NCBI RefSeq assembly: GCF_009914755.1
Contig: NC_060931.1
Length of the DNA: 64,000 bases
Strand: one strand, 5' to 3'
Source of the DNA: the human T2T-CHM13v2.0 reference genome, Homo sapiens
The number at the start of each line of letters is the position of its first letter. Position 1 is the stretch's first letter. Both the position numbers and the translations under genes were made by a program. The notes under the pieces are model-generated. The model did not search any database. It was not told the DNA's origin and saw only the letters and a list, made by a program, of their open reading frames with translations. Below are positions 54,157 through 64,000 of the stretch, piece by piece.

Positions 54157-55240
54157 CATACTTCACATTCTGGGATACAAGCGCAGAACATGCGGGTTTG
54201 TTACATAGGTACACATGCCATGGTGGTTTGCTGCACCCATCAACCCGTCATCTACATTGGGTATTCCTCCTAATGCTCTCCCTCCCTGAGCCCCCCACAC
54301 CCTGGGCTCCAGTGTGTGATGTTCCCCTTTCTGTGTCCATGTGTTCTTTTTGTTCAATTCCCACTTATGAGTGAGAACATCCAGTGTTTGGTTTTCTGTT
54401 CTTGTGTTAGTTTGCTGAGAATGATGTTTTCCAGCTTCATCCATGTCGCTGTAAAGGACATGAACTCATCCTTTTTCTATGGCTGTGTATTCCATGGTGT
54501 ATATGTGCCACATTTTCTTTATCTGTCTGTCATTGATGGGCATTTGGATTGGTTCCAAGTCTTTGCTATTGTGAACAGCGCTGCAATAAATATACGTGTG
54601 CATGTGTCTTTATAGTAGAATGATTTATAATCCTTTAGGTATATACCCAGTAATGGGATTGCTGGCTCAAATGGCATTTCTGGTTCTAGATCTTTGAGGA
54701 ATTGCTACACTGCCTTCCACAATGGTTGAACTAATTTACACTCCCACCAACAATGTAAAAGCGTTCCTACTTTTCCACATCATTGCCAGCATCTGTTGTT
54801 TCCTGACTTTTTAATGATCACCATTCTAACTGGCGTGAGATGGTATCTCATTGTGGTTTTGAGTTGCATTTCTCTAATGACCAGTGATGATGAGCTTCTT
54901 TTCATATGTTTGTTGGCCACATAAATGTCTTCTTTTGAGAAGTGTCTGTTCATATCCTCCTTCCACTTTTTGATGAGGTTGTTTTTTTTTAAATTTTTTT
55001 TCCTGTAAATTTGTTTAAGTTATTTGTAGATTCTGGATATTAGCCCTTTGTCAGATGGCTAGATTGCAAAAAATTTCTCCCGTTCTGTAGGTTGCCTGTT
55101 CACTCTCATGGTAGTTTATTTTGCTGTGCAAAAGCTCTTCAGTTTAATTAGATCCTATTTGTCAATTTTGGTTTTTGTTGCCATTGCTTTTGGTGTTTTA
55201 GTCATGAAGTCTTTGCCGATGCCTATGTCCTGAATGGTAT
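54126..55240 (-). mobile_element. L1PA7-like 3' fragment with (TA)n tail
   Basis: L1PA 3' UTR and ORF2 tail; TSD tgtattaggc(t)atttta. Confidence 0.92.
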
Positions 55241-56210
55241 TGTATTAGGCTATTTTAATGGTGCTTTTTTTTTTTTTTTTAATGTGTACTGGCTCTCCGA
55301 TATGGTAGCTGAGGATCTGGCATTCTTTTACCACACTCTTATTTCTGCTTCTTCCATCTTTCTGTTATAATTACATTATAATGTTTGGTTAAATCAAAAG
55401 TCAATGTTTATATTGCTATGAGACTATAAGTATTATTCACCGTTAATGATGTAAAATAATTGTATTTCCTTTCTCATGGAAATTTTTTTCCTGATGATAA
55501 TTTCTTAAGATTTTTCTTCTCTTAGCTTTTCCATGTAGTAGTATCACTCTTTCCCCTCATATATCCCAACATGACTGGAAAATGCTGAAGCACATCAGCC
55601 TTTGGTTTTCCCTCCCTCTCACTCCCTCCATCCCTCCCTCCTCTTCTTCCTTCTCTCTTTCTTCCTTTCTTTTTCCTCTTCCTCCCTGTCACTTTTCCTC
55701 CTTCTTCCTCTTTCTTTTACTTCTCAGAGCACTTCCTTATTCTAGTTCCAATTGGAATTTCTTACTCTTCAGGACTTGAAAACGTATTTTTTCCTTTGAC
55801 CTCTCTTTGTTTAACTGATGCACACCTTCCAGTAGGTTCATAAGAAAACTCATCATGGTAGATAAATTGTTTTACCTTGAATGTCTGAAACCACTTTTTC
55901 CTGCTCTCACAGTTGATTAGTAATTTAGAAATCATTTTCCTTCCACCTCTCAAAAGCTTTAGCTCACTGGTCCTGGGCTCCAATAAATTGCTATTGAAAA
56001 GTGTAAACCTCACTCCTGCCTGAATAGTTTCTGCTATGTGCCTCTCGGGATTTCTGTATTTCAAACTCCCTCACTTTTAATCAGAATTTCCACTCTGCTT
56101 GAAAATAGCTCTATTTTCCCTCCAGCTAAGGTATTTACCAGTCTTCCAACTATTTTCTGTTTGAAAAAGTTGTTGAAATATGACTTCTGTAATGAGAAAT
56201 CTGACTCCAT

Positions 56211-56602
56211 TGTTCTACGTCTGCTGGTAGCTTTTGAGCCTCATCCCCTCTTCTTTCCCTGCTGTCTACACACAGGCAAGCTGCTAAATAGGCCTGGGTG
56301 CTCCCTTCTCAGGTGCTATCAGGAGATATAAACCACAGAGTCCCTGCCCATACATGTGGGAATCCTCAACCTATTACCTCACCTTAACCACAACAAAAAC
56401 TCAGGCCTGACTTCCTTCTTTGTTCTCTCAAACCACTTCAGACCTGCTTGAGAGGCCTGTCCTGCTTTCCCTAGAGACCTCAATTATGTAAGTCATAAAC
56501 TTTTCATACCCTCTTGGTGTCAGCATGTGGTGTTATTAGTCTCAATATCCAAACTAAACCTGGAGTGGGGCTCCCTCCCACTTTTGCAGAGTGACCATAA
56601 CA
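56211..56602 (+). mobile_element. ERV1-type solo LTR (LTR47-like, tentative)
   Basis: TG...CA-bounded block within old L1; LTR-like U5 (ataaacttttcataccctcttgg). Confidence 0.55.
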
Positions 56603-56898
56603 TTTACTACTCTGTCCTATTCCCTTTGTCTTTATAAGTTATTAACTTTTTAATGCTCTGTTGCATTTTCGTGGGATGTGTGGAGAGAAAGTGAATAAAA
56701 GACTATTATATTTATCCAGAAATCTTACCATCATTTCCTTTAGCATCTCAAACTCTAATCATTAGTCATACTGGATTTTCATGTCTCCTTTTTCTCTGTA
56801 CCCAAGCTTTGTTGATTTTTTTCTTTCTTAATGTCTCTCTGTTCTTATTTCTGCACAGATACTTTAAATATTCCAATTTGCTTGTTTATTAACACAAT

Positions 56899-57185
56899 TT
56901 AAAAATGGAATTCTTTCTGCTTCAGCTTCAGCTGAGGTCCAAGGCCAAAAACAAAACAATAGGTGGTTTCTTCTATATTGTTACGTGAGTGGTTAGAATA
57001 ATTATGTAGGGATTTCCGAGGGGGTGGTTCAAAAACTGGTTTTATACTATGAAAGTATGTAAAAGGGTTGATTTTGAAGAGGTGGTCTGTTGTCATTTAA
57101 AAATGGACCCCATCCAACTGGGCTTCATGCGGCAACCTTGAGAGCTGAATGGAAGGATGCCTGCAGAGTGCGGTCGGGTGCAGAG
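56899..57185 (-). pseudogene. Possible long pseudo-exon (about 95 codons, one internal stop)
   Basis: Acceptor cttacctgcccctctcag; frame continuous with ORF 56899-57096. Confidence 0.3.
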
Positions 57186-58899
57186 CTGAGAGGGGCAGGT
57201 AAGCAGCTGGAGGGTGGGATGGCTTTGCCCTCATTTAGGTAGTCACAGTTAGTAGATCTCAGTGGGAGGGTCTCTGAGAAACCTATGAAAGCACAACATG
57301 ATAAAAGCATTCAGCATTTGGACACCTGCCAGGGTACACTAGCATCAGAATATAACTGCTAGCAAGTAAAACTGTCTCTACCCCTTATGTCTCTTCCAGC
57401 TGGCCAGTTTTATTATGTATCCAGCATTTTGTGGGGCCTTTTAAAATGGCTCCTATGCTGGCTCCCTCCCACAGGGTCCACATCCAATCCAGAGGAAACA
57501 CATACCTCTGGGGAGCTTGTGGGGGCAGGAGGGTAGGCAGGGAGCAGTTTGATGTAACAGTGGTCACCTCTGTGAACCCTCCTGCCTGGCAGATAATCCA
57601 GTCAGAGCCTTTCACTCTCACTCTCCTTCAATATTAAGTCAAAACCAGCCTTTTTGCCCCATCAAGCTTCTTGGGACACATATCAAGCCGTCAGAATCAT
57701 GTCCTAAAGCCCCTCTCACTCAGCGTGAAATTCTGGGGAAGAGTTCCTGCTCTGTGATCAAGGAGAGAAAGATGCTTAAGCAATCCAAATTATTTCTCAG
57801 AATAACTCCCTCCCTTGGTGCCTAAAATGCCTTTCTCCTGACTTCACCTGGTCTGTGATAGGAAGCCTGCCTTTATGGGGCAGATTTTTAAGTGATTGTT
57901 AGTCCAGTTTTTGACCTCAAGCATTTGATACTATTGAAATAGGTTAATGATCACAAAACTGATTTTTGAGACACCACTTTGGTAGTGTTTGCATAATGGT
58001 ATACTATATTATATCTCATTTCAAAACATGGGGGTACTTCCTACTTATTATATTCTCAGCACTTAGGACTTTAGTAGAATTAAACCAGAAAAAGTCTAAT
58101 TTTATCAGTGTTACGTTGGTTCATTGATTTATCTATGTCTATCTTACAGCTTAGAGGCAACTTGGAGTTCATATGAGTTAAAAGTAGGCAAGAAAGAGGG
58201 GGAAAAAACTCGGTAGAGATAGAACACTTGAGCAACAAATGAAGGTAATACCAAAATATATCCTATAAAAACCTACATAGTACTATGGATGAGCTAGACA
58301 TAGCTCTGAGAATTATCGCTATCAAGGTCATAGAATTTATTTTACTTATTCATTTAATTATGTGTCTCCCTTAACTAATTTTAAGCTCCTTAAGGACAGT
58401 CTTTTTGTTATTGATGTTTTGTTTCATGTTTTTGCTTTGTATTTTTGTTTTCCACTGACATAGGTCCAGCATCTGAAGCTTTGCATGATGGATGACTTAT
58501 GCTAAAAAGCTATTTGTTGAATAAAAGGATGAATAAATAAATGTATTTTTATGAGTTTTGTTTTTGTTTTTGAAGTTGAAACACAAATACCTCTCTGGGG
58601 ATATATGCTATAACCATGTTCTCTCTGTCTGGTCTTTGTTTTTCAACATTAGGAATCTTTGCTGTCATAGGAAAATTTTTTTTTAATTCCACTGTATTGA
58701 GGTAATATTTACATAAAATAAAATTCAACAATTTTAAGTGGACAGTTTGATGGGTTTTGATAATTTTTGTATAACTGTGTAGTCACCACCACAATTGTGA
58801 TATTTCCATCACCCAAAGAAGGTGCTCTTGTCCCTATTTGCAGTGAATCTCCTAACCCTACCCCACGCCTGAATTTGGTTCTTGTAGTTTTCCAATAAC

Positions 58900-60425
58900 T
58901 TTAATCATAGAACATGGTAGTATGAGAGATTCCCTAAGGAATTCCTTGTATTCTGAAGATATTTTTTCTTGTTTTCATTGAGTCGTAGCAGCCCAATTTT
59001 CCCCTCCATAATTAAGATCAATCATGCAAGCTAGTATAATAACTCACTTCTTTTCCTGTTGATTCAAAGTCATGAGGAGCCCAAAGTGGCGGGGTGGCAG
59101 TCATGACTTCCAATTCAATGGAATCATTGTTGTGTCTCCTGGTAGAAGCATTTCTCCTTTGAAAGCAACACCCTAGATCAGCAAAGCCTGAGGTCATGGG
59201 AACAGGAAGCACAATTTTGCTAATTAATTACCAGGGGTAATGAGTGGTGCCACTGCCATTTTCACCCCTTGATTCCTACATCCGTGAACCTTTGTTTTGG
59301 TAAGGATAGCGCCATACTGAATGCTGATTTAGAGCACATACAATATCCAGCCCCACAAGGTATTGCCACTTAACTAGCACTGTAATTGACTCTTCAAAAG
59401 ACCAATGTATCATTCTATAAAGCCAGCTGCTCCAGGATATTGGGTAACATGGAAAGACTGGTGAATTCCATGAGCATGGTCCTTTTTTGCTATGAAGTGA
59501 GTTCCTTGATCAGAAGCAATGTTGTATAGAATACAATGATGATGGATAAGGTAGTCTGTAGGTCCACAGATGGCAGTTTTGGGAGAAGCATTGCATGCAG
59601 GGAAATAAAAACATATTTGTAGTGCCTCTTCTGGTAGGAACAAAGCACTACCCCTCCCATGATGGAAGCTGCCCAATATAATCAACCTACCACCAGGTAG
59701 TTGGCTGATCAGCCCATATTAGGGCACTCAGTATTTGCCCAATTTGTTCATGAGTTCACTGGGAAAGGAAAGGAGTGTCTTTAAAAGAGGATGGCACTCA
59801 GTATTGGTCTCTGATACTGACAGATCAGGCATTCAGTAGTGGCTATTGACAAGCTAGTGGCAGGCTGGACTTGGTACGTAAAAGTCCGTGTTGCTTAACA
59901 CTTGGATAGCCTCCATTGCAGCCAAAAGGACAGTTTGTTCATGGACTCATTGGAAAATGAAAGGAGTGGCTTAGAAAGAAGATGACTGGTATCCAAAAAA
60001 CTGGTCATCCTATCCACATTATTATTAAAATCCTCCACTCCTGTGGCCATCCTCTACCAACATTCATCTTCCCCAGACCACCTTGTCACCAATTTTCCAA
60101 TCATATTCCTTCTAAGTCCCTTAACATACAGCCAAGCTAGTGGTCACAGCTTGTGAATCATTGTAGACTCTTAGGGCTGACTACTTTTCCTTCCAAGCAA
60201 AATGAATAACCAGATGAAATGCTCGAAGTTCAGCCCTCTACATGAATTTCCCTTCACAATGGTCTTTTATGCATCTCCCATAAAAGGAATTTAGTGCTAC
60301 AACTGTCCACTTTAAGGCCATGTCTGCATATTGCGCAGAACTATCTGTTAACCAAGCCTGAATGTTTTCTTCCTTAGTCAACTAGTTATAAGAAACACAC
60401 CATGAGGAATATTCTCTGTTTAACA
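58900..60425 (-). mobile_element. ERVL/MaLR-type internal region with integrase remnant
   Basis: ORF 59410-59685 contains IASDQGTHF and YPGAAGFIE (integrase DDE core). Confidence 0.85.
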
Positions 60426-60439
60426 GTTTGTAAATGTAA

Positions 60440-60760
<321 letters not shown>

Positions 60761-60908
60761 TGTAAATAGAAAATTTCTTATCACAGAGAAATGGTTTCTT
60801 TGTATTTAACTATGTAGTGAGTTTTTAATTTCAAGTGTATTTTCAAGGCAAATTTAATTATATCATTGATAAATAATGTACTTCAATATTAAATAAGTTT
60901 AACTAGAA

Positions 60909-61110
60909 CAGGGTTGCTCAGTGGCAGAACTACTGATCTTTGGTGTCAGATAGTTTTTGCAGTTGGAGAATAATCTCTGCATTGTAGGTTTAACATCATC
61001 TCTGGTTTCTACCTCCCAGATGTCTGTAACATTCCTTTCAGTTGTGACAACCAAAAATGTGTGGGCAAAATATCCCATGTGGGCAGAATCATCCCAATTG
61101 AGAACCACAG
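60909..61110. mobile_element. MER20
   Basis: cagttgtgacaaccaaaaatgt...ttgagaaccac. Confidence 0.88.
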
Positions 61111-61172
61111 AACTAGGGCTATGTGCTGCCTTACTATTATGCACAGTATTAAATATTGGATATGCATTTCTT

Positions 61173-61484
61173 TTTTTCTTTTTTCTTTTATTTTTTTTCT
61201 TTTTTTGAGATGGAGTCTCGCTCTGTCGCCAGGATGGAGTGCAGTGGTGTGATCTCGGCTCACTGAAATCTCCACCTCCCAGGTTCAAGCGATTCTCCTA
61301 CCTCAGCCTCCCGAGTAGCTGGGATTACAGGCACGCACCACCACGCCCAGTAATTTTTGTATTTTTATTAGAGATGGGGTTTCACCATGTCGGCCAGTAT
61401 GGTTTCGATTTCCTGACTTCGTGATCTGCGCACCTCGGCCTCCCAAAGTGCTGGGATTACAGGCGTGAGCCACTGCACCCAGCC
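61173..61484 (-). mobile_element. AluSc
   Basis: gtcgcc-agg Sc-type deletion; TSD gatatgcatttctt. Confidence 0.93.
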
Positions 61485-61994
61485 AGATATGCATTTCTTA
61501 ATGACTTAAATGTGTAACTGAAAAAAATGAAAGACTAAGCAAAATCCTAGATTTTGCAATGCCTCTCTGTTTTGTAAAATACACAATTCATTTTTTCTTC
61601 TCAGTGATTCAAGTAAGTTTGCCTGGTATAATAGAAAAACACACCTGTAATCATATACTTAAAATTCTGTTATAAAACTAGAATTCATTACAGTAAGTTA
61701 TGTCTTTTAGTACTTGCCATGTATCATTAATTTATTAATTAAGGGTTGTTATCTTTTGACTCAGAGATTTAGAGGATATAATGATAACATAAATCATATA
61801 CCACATTGAGAATACTTATTTGCCTATTTATGTTTATTGGTGTAAAAAACTTCTTGGGGGGCCCCCAAAATTTATTCTTTACTTAGCTTTCTTCCTTTGG
61901 ATTAAAATATGCCCTATTTGTAACCAATATTAAATGTTCAGTAAGTTATCATGAATGAATCAGCCAAGAAACTGAGAGAATAAATAATACTTAC

Positions 61995-62534
61995 TATTTT
62001 TACTTTCACACTAGATGAGCAAAGCACAGTAAAAATTACTGTGGTGAGACTGACTGATTTAGTCACTTTCATAGTTACTTTACATAAGGAACCCTTATCA
62101 TACATAGGAGCTAGGTTAGGCTTTAGTCTATTTGAAAAGCATGCCAGATTATTGTTCATCTCTATACCAGTTTTAAACAGTTTGTGATTGTGAAGTGTTT
62201 TTTTCATAATTTTCATGTTACATGATTTTGTAACACGAACCAGAGCAGTCATTCCTAGACTTTAGTGAGCACAACTATAACCTGGAGAGTTACAATGAGG
62301 TATTGTTTGATATTTTGTCTTGTGGAAACTTAAGCAAATTTGCAAAGTAGGCATCTACTGCCAAGATTTAATGCCCTTTCTCCCACTCCTTGCTGTAATG
62401 ATCTTTGTCCCATTTGTCAATATTATCATATTGTTTTTTTGTTTACTGAGCTCTTGCCTCCCCTGTTCTTCCATTTGTATGACCATTCCCATGGTTGTTT
62501 CATCCTCCATTAGCATTACCCAAATTTTGAAATG
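61995..62534 (-). pseudogene. Long decayed reading frame (HFKIWVMLMEDETT...KKTLHNHKLFKT...VKVKI)
   Basis: One frame from 62534 to 61938 (199 codons) has only 2 internal stops; donor ata|gtaagt at 61994. Confidence 0.45.
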
Positions 62535-63787
62535 TTATCTGTCTTTTAGTCCAGTGGCTTACAAATGTCTATAAAGCAAGTCTTGGAGGAAAATATAAGT
62601 GGAGATATTCTAGTTGAAGTTCTTGAGACACCTTCTGGAACTTCTAAGGCCCCATGAAGGAGCATTTGAAAATTACTTCTTTGAGATTCCAAAACTTAAC
62701 AGTTTTTGACTAGTTGACACTTAAGAAAGAGTGGAGCAATGTCATTTACATTAGGTTTGCATACATGGTAAGTCATATATATATTTTTTTCTTGTGATAC
62801 ACACTTTTGAATAGAAAATACATTTCAAATTAGGCACTACATTGAATAATTACTAGTAGAATTTAAGACATCAATGAAAGTCTTTTAATATGGTGGACAG
62901 AGATTTGGCTAGGCGCCTTTAGAGTTTCTTAACATACTTCACAAGCTAACATCATTTGACTTTTTCTGAAGATCAGTCTTGGTCATATGTAAATTACAGA
63001 AAATAATATTAGAAAAACTATTCACTTGATATTAAAAAAGAGGAAGTTTGATAAGAGCAACTGACCTATTACATACTGTTTTAAATTTGTTTCTAATCTC
63101 CAGCTTGGACCTTCATAGTATATATCACTTACCAATATTAACTTCTTTTTATATATCTAAAATTATTGTTCCACTGAACAAAAGGAAAACTAATGAAAAT
63201 AGAAATAATTCCCAAGTCACAAGATTAAAGGCCAGAGAGATATTAACTGAATATGTTGCAGTGAGTGAATGGAGTATTAAAAAAAACTAGGGAATTTTGC
63301 AGTGCTTATTGGAAAAATGACATAGTAGCAAGCAAAAGGGAATACTTTTAAGCAAAACTGATGTATCATAAACTTATAAAGTGAAAAATTTAATTTTTTC
63401 ATATAAAAAACATTGGCAACTTTAACTTTTGTTAACTATCAGGATATCAATTATGAAACATTAATATATTCTGATAAAATGGCTAGATTATGATGTAATT
63501 AATCTGTGTAATTCTAAAAATAGGAAATGTTCTTTATATGTGTACATATGCCTATTCCTACAATCATCATATGCACATAATAAGCAGTAAACCCTATCAT
63601 TCTGTGGGTTTAATGTTTGCTAGGTGCAAACATTAAACACAGTAAATGCTATATTTCACATAAGTATCCCAAAGAAGTATATATTAAAACATATTTTCAG
63701 AGTAGATGAATAGAATTTTAGAAATAGGAAAAACATCCAATTCCACTTTGTATCTTATTGTACAGCATATGACATTAAGATCCATAG

Positions 63788-64000
<213 letters not shown>

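Overview
This is AT-rich primate genomic DNA, almost certainly human because it carries a near-consensus AluYb9 insertion. More than half of it is interspersed repeats: L1PA/L1MA/L1MD/L1ME, L2, MIR, Alu, MaLR and ERVL LTRs and internal regions, Tigger2/3, MER20/30/33/63. I found no intact protein-coding gene, RNA gene or CRISPR array, and most listed ORFs are repeat-derived. The main non-obvious signal lies in the repeat-free islands (about 15-22, 35-38, 42-51.5, 57 and 62 kb). They hold about 20 minus-strand segments, most bounded by AG/GT splice signals, with open or nearly open frames. Several translate into motifs resembling RGS-like domains of the RGS22/RGSL1 type (e.g. FSYLMKSLGELLVNF, G-NLVIFWLAI-NVL...KTILDPYL, EAQHDIFKKLENYL). 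Many carry stops or frameshifts, so I infer a decayed multi-exon gene (unitary pseudogene). This rests on by-eye motif recognition and needs a homology search. Secondary findings: very young retro-insertions, a 37-bp poly(A) micro-insertion with a 13-bp TSD, a recent non-tandem copy of one pseudo-exon, and candidate plus-strand micro-exons. Repeat subfamily names are from memory of consensus sequences, and boundaries without a TSD are approximate.
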